Source: Candidatus Bathyarchaeia archaeon
GTDB lineage: Archaea > Thermoproteota > Bathyarchaeia > 40CM-2-53-6
Length of the DNA: 64,000 nucleotides
Assembly: GCA_050013255.1 (NCBI GenBank)
Contig: JBEKFP010000002.1
Span: 1 to 64,000 of the forward strand
Reading direction: 5' to 3'
The notes beneath the pieces were generated by a model. The model ran no database searches. It saw only the letters and a list, made by a program, of their open reading frames with translations, and was not told the origin of the DNA. Of this stretch, positions 37,757 to 48,555 are shown piece by piece. Made by a program: the position numbers and the translations under genes. Within the stretch, counting starts at the first letter, position 1. Each line of letters starts with the position of its first letter.

Positions 37757-40678
37757 ATGGTCGCAGAGAATGAAAGAAGAGTTACGATACTCGCTCTTCT
37801 CTTCTTCGCATTAATTGCCACTCCAAACCTATCGTCGACGGTATTCGCGCAAAGCAGTCAGCCAATTATGGCGTTCGAACCTTCTATGAATTCAACGATC
37901 CCAAGCCCGGCGATGCCGCTGCCAAGTCCAACCAAGGGCTATACCCCTCAACCCGCACCTGTTTCCGGAATCATACGGGTTCTAATGATTGCAGCTGCTT
38001 TCTCAGATATTCCAAATCGGACAAGCATTGCCGTGTTGAAGCAGGAATTCTTCGGGACCCTATCCACGTACTATCATGAAGTATCACTTGGGACCCTCAC
38101 AATTCAGGGCGACGCGTATGGGTGGTACAAGCTTCCTTACCCTGAATCTCATTATGGGATGGACTGCCAAGCAATTGACGATGCTGACTGTAGCGGAGCA
38201 GACCAGTCGTGGCAGGTCGCAAATGACGCTGCCCTTCTAGCCCAGAAGGATGTTAACTTCCAAAATTACGATTATTTCGTCTTCATCCACTCAGGGGTTG
38301 GTGAAGAATCGAGCGGTGTGAAAAACGATGTATGGTCGGTTACCTACCTTGGCGGAGTCTGGGTTAGAACCAATTCGAGAACTCTTAGCAAATTCAACAT
38401 TGACCCGGAACTTGAGGCCGCGGGTGCCGTACCTAACGGGGTTTGGTGTCATGAATTCGGCCACAACTTAGGCTTACCTGACCTATACAACACCAGCAAT
38501 GGCCGAACAATTCTTGGTCCCTGGGAGCTAATGGACAAGGGATTGTGGAATGGAGACCCAGCGGGATCAAGCCCGGCCCATATGTCCGCTTGGCCTAAAC
38601 TTCAGCTCGGGTTTGTCAGCGGATCACAACTTGCAATGGCAAACGTTGGAGTGACGAGCACTTTCACCGTTGATCCCACTGAAGTGCCTTCGAGTAACGT
38701 GCATGTTATCGAGATACCTTTGACGAACACACTCAACCCTAGCCAATACTACTTGGTTGAAGTAAGATCCATGAGAGGCTTCGACTCGGCTTTACCTGCC
38801 GGAGGAGTTCTGATCACCTACGTAGATAATACAGCAATCATAGGTAGGGTGCATGTTATCGATGGTCATCCGAGCGTTCCTAGTTTAGAGGATGCTGTTT
38901 GGGATATTGGCCAAACCTTCACTGACAGTCACAACAACGTCGCTGTAACTGTGGCTGCAAAAGTCGGAAATTCTTACCAAGTGATTGTGAATCGGGGTAG
39001 CTCTCAACAACCTCCACCGCCACAACCGCCAAATCAGAACACAACCTATATCGACTTAGGAATAACTGGCATCAATGCTCAACCCCAAGTAATTACCAGC
39101 CCCAACACAACCGTGACCGTTACCGTCCAAATAACCAACTCAGGAACTCAAGGAGCAACCAATGTTCCCGTAGAGGTTGACTTAGATGGGCAGCTCTACA
39201 CTAACACAGAAATCAGTGCCGCCGCAGGTTCTGCAACTCAAACCTCCTTCACTTGGACCTCAGCTCTCGGAAGCCACGCATTCAAAATAACCATTGATCC
39301 AAACAACACAATTAACGATACCAATAGAGCAAACAACGTCGCCGACTTCACGCTCAACGTCGGCCCAGTCCTCACGATTAACGTTCCGGCCAATGTAACC
39401 TCCGCCGGAAGCATCTGGGTCATGATAAACGGCGTGAAGTACAACTTGACTTCAGGCCAATTGCAAGTCAGCGTTCCCAACGGGACTGTAACGGTACAAG
39501 TGCAGCCAGCAGTCAACACTTCCACAGGGGTCCGACAATTATTCGGCGGCTGGGCTGATGGGAACCTAACGAATCCAAGGCAGATTGTTGTTACGTCAAA
39601 TACCGTACTGCAAGCCGTTTACGCGACCCAATACTTGCTGTCCATAAACCAGAATGGCGGAACTACGACTCCCAGCGGGTGGTACTTCCCAGGTACAGCG
39701 GTTCAGGTCAATGCCGCGAATCCGTCAAACGTGACTGCTAACGCCTCGAGGCTGATATTTGCCGGGTGGAACGGTGACCTTAACTCAACTTCAACTTCCG
39801 TGACGGTGAACATGTCCAAACCCATCACGTTGACAGCAGGCTGGACGAAGCAATACTACGTCACAATAATCTCCCCGGCCGGGTCGCCAACGGGGAGTGG
39901 CTGGTATAATGCCGGCAATATTGCTACGGTGGCCGTTCAATCAACCGTCCAATATGCGAACGGGACCAGACAAGTCTTTACAGGCTGGAACTCAACCTCA
40001 CTAGGTAACAATCCTACTGCGCAAATTTACGTTAACGCTCCGACGACGCTGCAGGCCTCGTGGAAGACACAATACGCTGTAATCATTCAGTCCGAATATG
40101 GAACCCCACTCGGTTCAGGTTGGTATGATGTGGGTTCAACTGTACCAGTCTCTATACAAACCCAGGTGGATTACGGAAATGCAACGCGCAGGTCATTCGC
40201 TAGTTGGACAGGAGATTATTCTGGGACATTTCCCAACGTAACTTTGCGAGCAGACACGCCAAAAACATTAACGGCAAACTGGAACACGGAATACTTGGTC
40301 ATCTTCAAGGTCGCCGGTCTGTCAAACTCAACAATCGTCAAACTCAACCTAAACAATGCATACTATGACCTCTCAATGAATGGTAACCTTCAAGCTTGGT
40401 ACCGGAAAGGCACAATGATCAGCCCAACACTCAACCAAACGATCGTTGATGGGTTTTCAGTTCACCAGTTCTCGGGCTGGCGAAACGCAACAGGTGGCGC
40501 CATCGAAGGACCCACTACAATTAACTCTCCCGAAACCTTCGTAGCATCATATTCAAACTCACTAACTCTGCCCCCCATACCTGGTTTCCCAACCGAAAGT
40601 ACAATCCTAGGAATCCTAATCGGATCTCTAGTGTTGGCGACCTTGCGAAGACGAAGGCCTCGAAAGTCGACCCACTGA
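37757..40678 (+). CDS. M6 (immune inhibitor A-like) metalloprotease with CARDB-like and repeat domains and a PGF-type C-terminal anchor
   Basis: IHSGVGEE, HEFGHNLGLPDLY, WELMDKGLWNG; C-terminal IPGF + TM + RRRR. Confidence 0.9.
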   Translation: MVAENERRVTILALLFFALIATPNLSSTVFAQSSQPIMAFEPSMNSTIPSPAMPLPSPTKGYTPQPAPVSGIIRVLMIAAAFSDIPNRTSIAVLKQEFFGTLSTYYHEVSLGTLTIQGDAYGWYKLPYPESHYGMDCQAIDDADCSGADQSWQVANDAALLAQKDVNFQNYDYFVFIHSGVGEESSGVKNDVWSVTYLGGVWVRTNSRTLSKFNIDPELEAAGAVPNGVWCHEFGHNLGLPDLYNTSNGRTILGPWELMDKGLWNGDPAGSSPAHMSAWPKLQLGFVSGSQLAMANVGVTSTFTVDPTEVPSSNVHVIEIPLTNTLNPSQYYLVEVRSMRGFDSALPAGGVLITYVDNTAIIGRVHVIDGHPSVPSLEDAVWDIGQTFTDSHNNVAVTVAAKVGNSYQVIVNRGSSQQPPPPQPPNQNTTYIDLGITGINAQPQVITSPNTTVTVTVQITNSGTQGATNVPVEVDLDGQLYTNTEISAAAGSATQTSFTWTSALGSHAFKITIDPNNTINDTNRANNVADFTLNVGPVLTINVPANVTSAGSIWVMINGVKYNLTSGQLQVSVPNGTVTVQVQPAVNTSTGVRQLFGGWADGNLTNPRQIVVTSNTVLQAVYATQYLLSINQNGGTTTPSGWYFPGTAVQVNAANPSNVTANASRLIFAGWNGDLNSTSTSVTVNMSKPITLTAGWTKQYYVTIISPAGSPTGSGWYNAGNIATVAVQSTVQYANGTRQVFTGWNSTSLGNNPTAQIYVNAPTTLQASWKTQYAVIIQSEYGTPLGSGWYDVGSTVPVSIQTQVDYGNATRRSFASWTGDYSGTFPNVTLRADTPKTLTANWNTEYLVIFKVAGLSNSTIVKLNLNNAYYDLSMNGNLQAWYRKGTMISPTLNQTIVDGFSVHQFSGWRNATGGAIEGPTTINSPETFVASYSNSLTLPPIPGFPTESTILGILIGSLVLATLRRRRPRKSTH

Positions 40679-40755
40679 CCTCTTCGCAACTGGGCACATG
40701 CTGAAGACGAATGATTAGCATTCTGGAACGTGGAAAAGCGGTTCAAGTTCCCATG

Positions 40756-42948
40756 TTAGGCATCTGACAAAGCTGCTGGTTTACTTCGTGTGAGAAAGAC
40801 GATGCCCTTACCTTGCTGGACTTGGAAGCGAGTCCAGCGGTCGATATAGGGCCTATCTCTTAGCTTCTTGATCCTTAACCGCCTTCGTTGTCCGCTGCCA
40901 GATTCCTGAAGTTCTGTCTCAATAACACAATCAGAGGATTCCTCGAGCTTCGTCAGATCCGCCTTCTCAATTCCCGTCCCCACGGTTACGCAGAATTTTC
41001 CGCCGTTTGCCTTCACCTTCGCGGCGACGGATTGGAGGAAATTTACCAAGTAATCAATCCGCAAAGCAGTGATTAGGGGATTTAATGAATCGAAATAGAC
41101 ATCCGCTCCCGGTCCGGCAAGCTCTAAGCATTTCGTGATTTTCAAACTCAAATTAGTCAAGTCTGTATGTGAGGAAACCGAAAACTCTTCCTTCGACAAA
41201 CCTCCACCGACAGCAGAATAGGCGTCGATAAAGATGAGTTTGTCACCCCGCAAGTTGCCTTCTTCCGTTACTCCAAGCCTTAACATGTTCTCACGAGTTT
41301 TGTGAGGGTATTCGGTGTTGGTTATGTAGATTGATTTGCCAAGCGCCAAATGTTCGGCGGCGAGGGAATTTAGGAGAACGCTTTTCCCGGAACCAGAGTT
41401 GCCTGATATCATTATGAAACATGTCTCGGGTAGGCCTCCTTGTGTAAGCTGCGTGAAGTAGCCGAAACTCCTTGGGTAGAGCTTGCCGCGCCTCCTTCGG
41501 ACCAGTACAACGGACGCTAAGGATAGAATTGCAATAGCGCCTATCAGTGAAATTGTTCGATGTGGAAATGGAACCGTTAGAACGGTGGGATCATTTGTCC
41601 GCACATTCAATGGGAATTGATAGGTGACAAGAAAATAATCCACGCGAACGGTGTAGTTCCCTGCCGGAATCGTTTTAAACCTGGCAACTCCGTTTACCCC
41701 GGTGAGCACTTCTTGAACTGCTCCTTTCTGATACAAAGTGACGCCCGCCAGAGGCACCGGGACGGGCAACGGCAATCCACCCATTATTATTCGGATGGTT
41801 GGATCAAAGACCTGGAGTTGTAGGCGAAGCTGCTGCTGAAGCGTTGCGTTCACGACATCGATGCGAAAAAGTGTCTGGGTTCCAAGCCAACCAATTGTCA
41901 GATCGAGTGGACCAACCACTTGTGTGGAGGGCAACGATAATGTGCCCCAACCTGATGCATTCGTCATTGCATTCCAATTCGCGTCCGTTCCCAAACTTAC
42001 TTTCAAAGTTGCATTGTTGAGGAACGTGCCATCTGAGCCAACGACTTCAACGGCGAGGGGATAAAACGGACTTATCCAAAGATGGTCCGTGAATGAGTAA
42101 CTGCCGCCGGAGAGATCGCGCAACAACAATGCAACTTGCCATTCGCCCTGACTCAATCTTGATGTAACTGACAGTTGGCTTGAGTAGTCAGTGTTGTTCT
42201 CAGCGTTGATGGCAAAGTCAATGTTCGATCCGTTCGGAGCTGTTAACTCAAATGAACGGGAGAGGAAACGGTAGACGCCGATTGCGTCCCTAACCTCTGC
42301 TTGAATTCTGACAACTTGGCCGCCTGTTGAGTCCGCTTGAAAGACTTTGCCGAAACTCGGTTGGCCTTCGAAGTGTAGGACTGCAGAGGTCGGAGCCACG
42401 GTTTGAATCTTTAGGCCCGTTGGTGTTCCCCCATCATCCCACACCAAGAGTGCTGGGCCCGTGCCTGATGTTTGGTTAGCGTTAATGTGAAGAACTATGG
42501 CTGAGCCTTCTTGGAATTTGTAATCAGCCAATCCTCCTACGCCAAGCGTCACGGGGGTAGCCATGGTGGTTAGGCGGAGTTGGGTGTCAACTCTCGCGCC
42601 GGGAACTACCGTCTCGGTTCCTTCCTTCGAGAGTTCTGTGACTTGGGCTGCAACATTTCCGAAGAAAGCGCCGCTCGCACGAAGGTATAATGTGAACGTG
42701 ATGGATGTCTGAATTTCTAAACTCTCACCAAGGACTGGGCTAAGCGTGAAAGTTAGGCCTTTGCTCAGGTCAGCCGCCTTCTGCCCAGTCCATTGTGGCA
42801 GCGCGTTCAAAATCGCGGAAGAGCCGTAAGAATGTGCATACAAAACTAAGTACTGTGGGGGAGCCTGCGCGCTCGCAATAGGTCCCATCAGGAATGGCAA
42901 TAGTATGAAGATAATGAGCAATCGAGCGGTCCGCAATAGAAAGCCCAA
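40756..42948 (-). CDS. Single-pass membrane protein: extracellular beta domains fused to a cytoplasmic KaiC/RecA-like ATPase
   Basis: Signal peptide, ~430-aa beta-rich region, TM + RRRR, Walker A GNSGSGKS, FIDAYS, YFDSL, RRLRIKKLR. Confidence 0.85.
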   Translation of the reverse strand: MGFLLRTARLLIIFILLPFLMGPIASAQAPPQYLVLYAHSYGSSAILNALPQWTGQKAADLSKGLTFTLSPVLGESLEIQTSITFTLYLRASGAFFGNVAAQVTELSKEGTETVVPGARVDTQLRLTTMATPVTLGVGGLADYKFQEGSAIVLHINANQTSGTGPALLVWDDGGTPTGLKIQTVAPTSAVLHFEGQPSFGKVFQADSTGGQVVRIQAEVRDAIGVYRFLSRSFELTAPNGSNIDFAINAENNTDYSSQLSVTSRLSQGEWQVALLLRDLSGGSYSFTDHLWISPFYPLAVEVVGSDGTFLNNATLKVSLGTDANWNAMTNASGWGTLSLPSTQVVGPLDLTIGWLGTQTLFRIDVVNATLQQQLRLQLQVFDPTIRIIMGGLPLPVPVPLAGVTLYQKGAVQEVLTGVNGVARFKTIPAGNYTVRVDYFLVTYQFPLNVRTNDPTVLTVPFPHRTISLIGAIAILSLASVVLVRRRRGKLYPRSFGYFTQLTQGGLPETCFIMISGNSGSGKSVLLNSLAAEHLALGKSIYITNTEYPHKTRENMLRLGVTEEGNLRGDKLIFIDAYSAVGGGLSKEEFSVSSHTDLTNLSLKITKCLELAGPGADVYFDSLNPLITALRIDYLVNFLQSVAAKVKANGGKFCVTVGTGIEKADLTKLEESSDCVIETELQESGSGQRRRLRIKKLRDRPYIDRWTRFQVQQGKGIVFLTRSKPAALSDA

Positions 42949-43110
42949 TTCGTGGTATACGAACGTGCCAATTTAGGATTGTCTTCGATTCATCCCCTCG
43001 AAAAGGGATCGCGGTTTTCTGGCGCTTTTTCATGCGTTTGTGGTAAATCCATTGAATTCTTGGGGCAGATTTGACATTTTGGCTGATATGTCGGTGTCCG
43101 AGTCGTCCGC

Positions 43111-43180
43111 TTATATAGCTTCAAGCCGGTCTAGCTGAATTTTGTATGCGTATGTAATGCGCATAACATAATTAGGGAGA
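43111..43180 (+). promoter_or_regulatory. Promoter and 5' leader of the putative S-layer gene
   Basis: TTATATA at 43111, inverted repeat TATGCGTAT-gta-ATGCGCATA at 43145-43165, AGGGAG at 43174. Confidence 0.55.
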
Positions 43181-43189
43181 AAATGAAAA

Positions 43190-46100
43190 TTGCATAAGAA
43201 ATTAGCTGCAGCGCTAACAATTACTATATTCGTTATTAGCACGCTAGCAATTGTAGGCCCAGTCCAAGCGCACTTTACGCTTGGCAACCTAACTGGAACC
43301 TACAGGTATCACGCTAATGATTTCGACCCGCACGTGGCCGGACCAATCGGTTATGTCTGGCCAGGCGGAGGCCAAAACGGATACCAAGGAGCACTAAACT
43401 TTGCCTCATCCTCGCAGGCTCCAGGTTATCAATCACCATACCCGGGCGGTAACCCGGTTGGTGCGCCGAGCAATTCTTGGTACCAGCTTGAGAGCGACGC
43501 ATACGCGCCGTTCGGAGCAGTACTAACAGGCTCGACGGGTGACCTGGTCTTTGCGATGAACGCCACATGCACACCAGAGCTCTGGAATACTCCCGCAACT
43601 TGTGCCACTCAAGGTGGTACACGACCCGACAACGGAGTAACCCAGTCGGAAATCGAACCAACGCTCAACACGAATGAAGGATGGGATACATGGATGATCC
43701 TAATCCCACCCGAATTCACTGTTCCAGGAGCAGCAGCACTTGATTCCTCACAAATCACGTCTACACTCTCAAACAGCTACGACAATTACCTCGTTGCCAA
43801 ACTATCACCAAACGACAGATACGCGCCAGGTTGGACGCTGGTCGCCATCGGTGTTGATGCGGCAGTGAATCCAAGCTACAACCACCAGTTCATCAACTTC
43901 ACGACTGCTGGTGAATGGTACTACGCCAGAATCAACGGCGTAACCGCACCAACGATCGCTGGAAGATACTTCTTCAAAATGATGCTCTACAGCACATGGG
44001 CCAACAACAACCGGTATGGCGTCGGCCCAAGTCTGGTTGCAGATCCAGGGACCTTTGCACCATTTGAGCAACCCGACGTCTGGGTTCCACCACAAAACTG
44101 GCCAGTAATGCTCGTCAAAGGTGAAGTTGACCCAGCAATCATAACCGGAACACTCCGGTACGCTGGATACAACGCATCCCTCTACGGGCTACCAATCGAG
44201 GAAGCGGGCAAAGTGTGGGCGAAGATGACTACTCGTCTGGACCCATACACAGGGGCTCAACGCCCCGACTTGCCGACGGTTGATGCACAAGCCTACGTGA
44301 ACGCAACGGCGACCGGCCACTATGAAGTGGAAGGTCTCGCGCCGGGCATTTACGACTTGTACGCGTCCGCGGCGGGTTACCCGCAAACTCTCTGTGCTAG
44401 CGGCATAACGATTCTGAAGGGTCAATCCCTTCACTTCGACTGCTACTTACAACCAGGCCCAGTAATACACGGAGACGTGTTCACGAAGCACCAATTCGGT
44501 GATGAGCCATGGCCAGGAAACGCGACGACCGGATCGTACGTAAAGATTGAACTTTATGACGCCCCGACACTCGCTAACATTCCTGACCCAAGTGCTAACC
44601 TAGTCTCATGGTCACCACTACCATGCGTAGCGGGAGGCCAAGAGAAATACTACGGACGCCGAGCAGCCGGACTCTGTGGTGACCCACGCAATGGAGGCGC
44701 AATCGCGTTTCCATGGCATGAGTACAGCACAGACCAGAACGTCATTACCCAAACTGGCTTCCCAGTGCCATTCGTATGTATCAACCAAGCAGCAACAAAC
44801 TGTGCGCCAGGATATGGGAACGGCTACACGCGCGACGTAGCAATCACCGATGTATCCGGCAGCACACTGTTGGCGTCTGACCCGCAAGGAGTCGGACCCC
44901 CACAGAAATGGTTCGTTGCAGGCGGAACCACAACTCCATTCCACTACGAATTCGGCCTCAAGGGTGAATACGGTGCCCCAAGGGACCTCACCGGTGAAGT
45001 ACCGGAGGTCTACGCAACTTGGGTCAACGGCCTAACCCCGGGAAGATACTATGTACGTGCATGGGTCTTCCGTTATGTGCAAACAGCCTTGGACGGTTCA
45101 ACCTTCCAAGAATATTCGTTTGACATAACGCCAAACGAGTGGGCTGGAGACGTCACATTGCCACTTGACCTACGCTTGAGCAGTTGGATCAACAAGACCG
45201 TCTACTTCCACAACACAGTAAACACAATTCAGACTGGTCCAATTACGACGGGTGCAGGATACATTTGGGGTAACCTAGTAGGTGCCGACGGGAACGTTTA
45301 CGCCCATAACGTCACCAACCTAGGCTACGATGACCTGTACTACTCGTGTGCGTACGACACATATGCGTACGACACGGGAGGCGGAGTCTTCAACGGTTAC
45401 ACGAGCGCGTACACAGGCGTGGTATACCAGGGCTCAGGAGAGACTGGTGCACCTAGCACAGCATGCCCAGGCGACGCTAACCACCTGAACAGGGCACACA
45501 CCAATGCTGATTCACTTGCCTCTGGAAAGGCAGCAATCCAATTCTGGGGCTTCAACGACACTTGGGGCGGAGAGGACTACGGTATTCCGTCAGGAACCTA
45601 CACCCCGAACATTGGAGTCAACGGATACTACGACCAAAGCCCACAGGAGCAAGTATCAGTGACACTAAGCGGAAACCCAACCAGCATCAGCGACCACCTA
45701 TTCCGAGCCCCAGGCTTCAACGTGACCGTAACCAGCATTGACTGGGAACGACCACGTGTCAGCCGACCGTGGGTTTGGGGTGGATGCCAAGATGCAGGAG
45801 GGTTTGACGGAGCATTACAAGGATTCCAAACAGGATTTTTCGGACCAAAAGCCGTTTGCGCAGGGTCCGAGATTGATGTCGGATTCTACCCAGTAGTGAA
45901 CGGCACAGCTGGTGGACTCGCCGATTACCTCGGCGACGAACCAAGCTTCCTTCCACCCTCAATAGCGTTCGGTCTGACCGGACTCTACCAGGGCGGATAC
46001 AGCACTAACGAGATTCCATGCCCATTCCAAGGAACTGGCGTTCCGGACAACTCCACGTGCGCGGAAGCGGACGGGGGTGGACGAAACGTCCTTGGCGGGA

Positions 46101-47611
46101 TCAGTGGAGCAACAAGCCTTGCTCACGATGCGTTCTTCGGCCAATCCGGACGCTACGCCTTCGTAGGTGGATACACCTCAGGCTCGTACGGTTGGTTGAG
46201 AGCTACGACGCTCTGGAAGAACAGCATGTTCACCTGTGCGATAGTCTGTTGGCCATCGCACTTCAGTGAAGGCCAATACAACCTCAGAGCCTACACGTAC
46301 GGATACGTGCAGGACAAAGACTTCACAGCGTACGCGTTGAACGGGCAGGTCGCTGACATGAAGATCAACCTGTTGATCGGTGTCAACGTAACGCTCGATG
46401 TACTCTTCAAGAAGGAGAGCATCATAACCGGTACGCTGAACAACATGTCCGCCAGGGTACGCCTATTCGACGACTCAGGTCAACTAGTCGCGACATGGAT
46501 GTCCTCTGAAGGCGTGTACGTAACCAACTCTACAACGGCCCCAGCAAACGAGGCAATAGCGGCAAACGGAGTTCTCACCCCCAACGCGGGAACAAGCCCG
46601 TTCGTTGACGGGAACGGGAACTACGAACCCAATGCACTCTACCCATTCATAATGCAATCTCCTATCGGTGCGGGATTCCTAGCTCCACTGTGCAACCCGA
46701 CCAGCAACTGCCAGGGCCTACAACAACCATCATCGGGCCTAAAGGCCTACAACTACCTGCCAGGAAACATAACGCTACTTCATGTCCTAATGGCTGGTCT
46801 GCCACAGCAGCCGCCAGGAGGAAAGGGCATTTCAGGCGTATACTACAGCGACCCAGTCTTCACACCCTCCGCATGCGACTTTGAAATCGACTGCTACCCA
46901 GGTGCCTACGGAATGTACCCATTCGCTAACTCAGGCATCCTCGGAGCGCCTGACTACACGGGCGGATGGACTGCTGAAGTAGACTTCACAAACTGGTATG
47001 CCAACAACACGGCTGGCGGAGTTCCACACTACTATCCGCCGGTTCAAGGCTTACTGATGGGTGAATCGTACCACATCATCCCAGGAACCACAGCAACATC
47101 CGGTATCAGCTTCACAGAAGACGCCGCAACTGGTCCGACCTTCGTGGGCCACACAATGGCTCCGAACCACTTAGGACCATACTCACAACAAGGTGTTTGG
47201 CAGATCAGCAACGCTCACCTAAGCGGTGAGGCTAGTGCAGTCTTTGAAGTCGACTTGAACGGGCTAGTATCAGGTAACGCTCTAGCGTTCACGTGGAGTA
47301 ACGAGTTCCGGCCTTTGAGCTGGGGCTTAGTTAACGTCGTGGGCGCGAACGGTGCGTCGTGGAACTTCTACACCTACGACGGCATCTACGAAGTGTACCT
47401 GCCACCGGGCACGTACAAGTTCACCATAAGCTCACCAGGCTACGCGGCTCAAACCTTCTCCGTAGTGGTCTCACCAGGCCAGTCCGGGGTAGGCCAGAAC
47501 ATGTACCTGGAACAGAGCAACATTCCAGTCCCAGAGTTCAGTGCAATCGGCATAGTAGCATTTTCAGCGCTTGCAGCTTCGTTATACTTACTACGACGCA
47601 GACGCCGCTAA
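43190..47611 (+). CDS. Large PEF-CTERM surface glycoprotein, putative S-layer protein
   Basis: Signal peptide; G/T/P/Y/N-rich; C-terminal IPVPEF + TM + RRRRR; strong TAC/AAC/TTC codon preference suggesting high expression. Confidence 0.8.
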   Translation: MHKKLAAALTITIFVISTLAIVGPVQAHFTLGNLTGTYRYHANDFDPHVAGPIGYVWPGGGQNGYQGALNFASSSQAPGYQSPYPGGNPVGAPSNSWYQLESDAYAPFGAVLTGSTGDLVFAMNATCTPELWNTPATCATQGGTRPDNGVTQSEIEPTLNTNEGWDTWMILIPPEFTVPGAAALDSSQITSTLSNSYDNYLVAKLSPNDRYAPGWTLVAIGVDAAVNPSYNHQFINFTTAGEWYYARINGVTAPTIAGRYFFKMMLYSTWANNNRYGVGPSLVADPGTFAPFEQPDVWVPPQNWPVMLVKGEVDPAIITGTLRYAGYNASLYGLPIEEAGKVWAKMTTRLDPYTGAQRPDLPTVDAQAYVNATATGHYEVEGLAPGIYDLYASAAGYPQTLCASGITILKGQSLHFDCYLQPGPVIHGDVFTKHQFGDEPWPGNATTGSYVKIELYDAPTLANIPDPSANLVSWSPLPCVAGGQEKYYGRRAAGLCGDPRNGGAIAFPWHEYSTDQNVITQTGFPVPFVCINQAATNCAPGYGNGYTRDVAITDVSGSTLLASDPQGVGPPQKWFVAGGTTTPFHYEFGLKGEYGAPRDLTGEVPEVYATWVNGLTPGRYYVRAWVFRYVQTALDGSTFQEYSFDITPNEWAGDVTLPLDLRLSSWINKTVYFHNTVNTIQTGPITTGAGYIWGNLVGADGNVYAHNVTNLGYDDLYYSCAYDTYAYDTGGGVFNGYTSAYTGVVYQGSGETGAPSTACPGDANHLNRAHTNADSLASGKAAIQFWGFNDTWGGEDYGIPSGTYTPNIGVNGYYDQSPQEQVSVTLSGNPTSISDHLFRAPGFNVTVTSIDWERPRVSRPWVWGGCQDAGGFDGALQGFQTGFFGPKAVCAGSEIDVGFYPVVNGTAGGLADYLGDEPSFLPPSIAFGLTGLYQGGYSTNEIPCPFQGTGVPDNSTCAEADGGGRNVLGGISGATSLAHDAFFGQSGRYAFVGGYTSGSYGWLRATTLWKNSMFTCAIVCWPSHFSEGQYNLRAYTYGYVQDKDFTAYALNGQVADMKINLLIGVNVTLDVLFKKESIITGTLNNMSARVRLFDDSGQLVATWMSSEGVYVTNSTTAPANEAIAANGVLTPNAGTSPFVDGNGNYEPNALYPFIMQSPIGAGFLAPLCNPTSNCQGLQQPSSGLKAYNYLPGNITLLHVLMAGLPQQPPGGKGISGVYYSDPVFTPSACDFEIDCYPGAYGMYPFANSGILGAPDYTGGWTAEVDFTNWYANNTAGGVPHYYPPVQGLLMGESYHIIPGTTATSGISFTEDAATGPTFVGHTMAPNHLGPYSQQGVWQISNAHLSGEASAVFEVDLNGLVSGNALAFTWSNEFRPLSWGLVNVVGANGASWNFYTYDGIYEVYLPPGTYKFTISSPGYAAQTFSVVVSPGQSGVGQNMYLEQSNIPVPEFSAIGIVAFSALAASLYLLRRRRR

Positions 47612-47631
47612 GGCGGATGCGCACGTAGCAA

Positions 47632-47654
47632 CTCCCTTCCCCTTTTTTCTTCTC
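47632..47654 (+). terminator. Pyrimidine/oligo-T terminator
   Basis: CTCCCTTCCCCTTTTTTCTTCTC right after a GC-rich hairpin spanning the stop codon. Confidence 0.6.
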
Positions 47655-47795
47655 AAAATCCGTAAGACGACAGTCTATACCACACTCACGGCAGCCATGC
47701 TTACGTGTGGTTTGGGGGTCGAAATTTCCGAGTCATCAGCAACTAAATAATATGGGCCAAGATAACGTTGCAAAGCGGCGCTGGGTGTAAAGAAA

Positions 47796-48545
47796 TTGGA
47801 TAGAGTTGCAACAGGCATCAAGGGGCTTGATGAAGTTCTCAATGGGGGCTTTCCAAAAGCCAGAACGATACTCGTAGTCGGAAGCCCGGGCTCTGGAAAG
47901 ACGACCTTCGCCATACAATTCCTCGTTGGTGGAGCGAAGGCAGGTGAGCCGGGCCTATATGTAGCTCTTGATGAGAAACCCGAACGGATCAAAGTTAACC
48001 TCTCTTCGTTCGGGTGGGACCTGGATTCATTAGAGAACGCAGGGAAACTTACGTTCATCGACGCGACCCAACTGAAACGTCCAGGGCACAGATTTAACCA
48101 ACCGTCTATGGAACCGGAAAACCCGGTAGGCCTAACTCTCCCGGAACTGACGCTCGGGTCGTTAGTTCGAACGGTGAGGCGAGTGGCCGCGGAGGAAGGC
48201 ACACAGAGGATCATTGTTGACCCTATAACCTCCCTCATGCTTCGCTACCCGGAGGAAGCAAAGCGCAGGCGTGCGCTGTTGCTGTTCTTCGACGCACTGG
48301 AATCCACTGGATGCTCATGCATCGTAACAACCGAGCTCAGAACAACTATGCTCGCCCGCCGGTTTCAAATCGAAGAGTACCTCTCGCAAGGCGTTGTACT
48401 ACTTCACACAATGGTGCACGAAGGAAACGTAATCCGGGGGTTACAGGTAGAGAAGATGCGCGGGATAAGTCACGATTCGCAGCTTCGCCCATATCAAATT
48501 GGTTCAACGGGAATAGAGGTATTTCCAAAGGACCGCGTTTTCTAG
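47796..48545 (+). CDS. KaiC/RAD55-like ATPase (single domain)
   Basis: TGIKGLDEVLNGG, GSPGSGKT, IVDPI, VEKMRG. Confidence 0.92.
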   Translation: MDRVATGIKGLDEVLNGGFPKARTILVVGSPGSGKTTFAIQFLVGGAKAGEPGLYVALDEKPERIKVNLSSFGWDLDSLENAGKLTFIDATQLKRPGHRFNQPSMEPENPVGLTLPELTLGSLVRTVRRVAAEEGTQRIIVDPITSLMLRYPEEAKRRRALLLFFDALESTGCSCIVTTELRTTMLARRFQIEEYLSQGVVLLHTMVHEGNVIRGLQVEKMRGISHDSQLRPYQIGSTGIEVFPKDRVF

Positions 48546-48555
48546 GTACCCGAGA

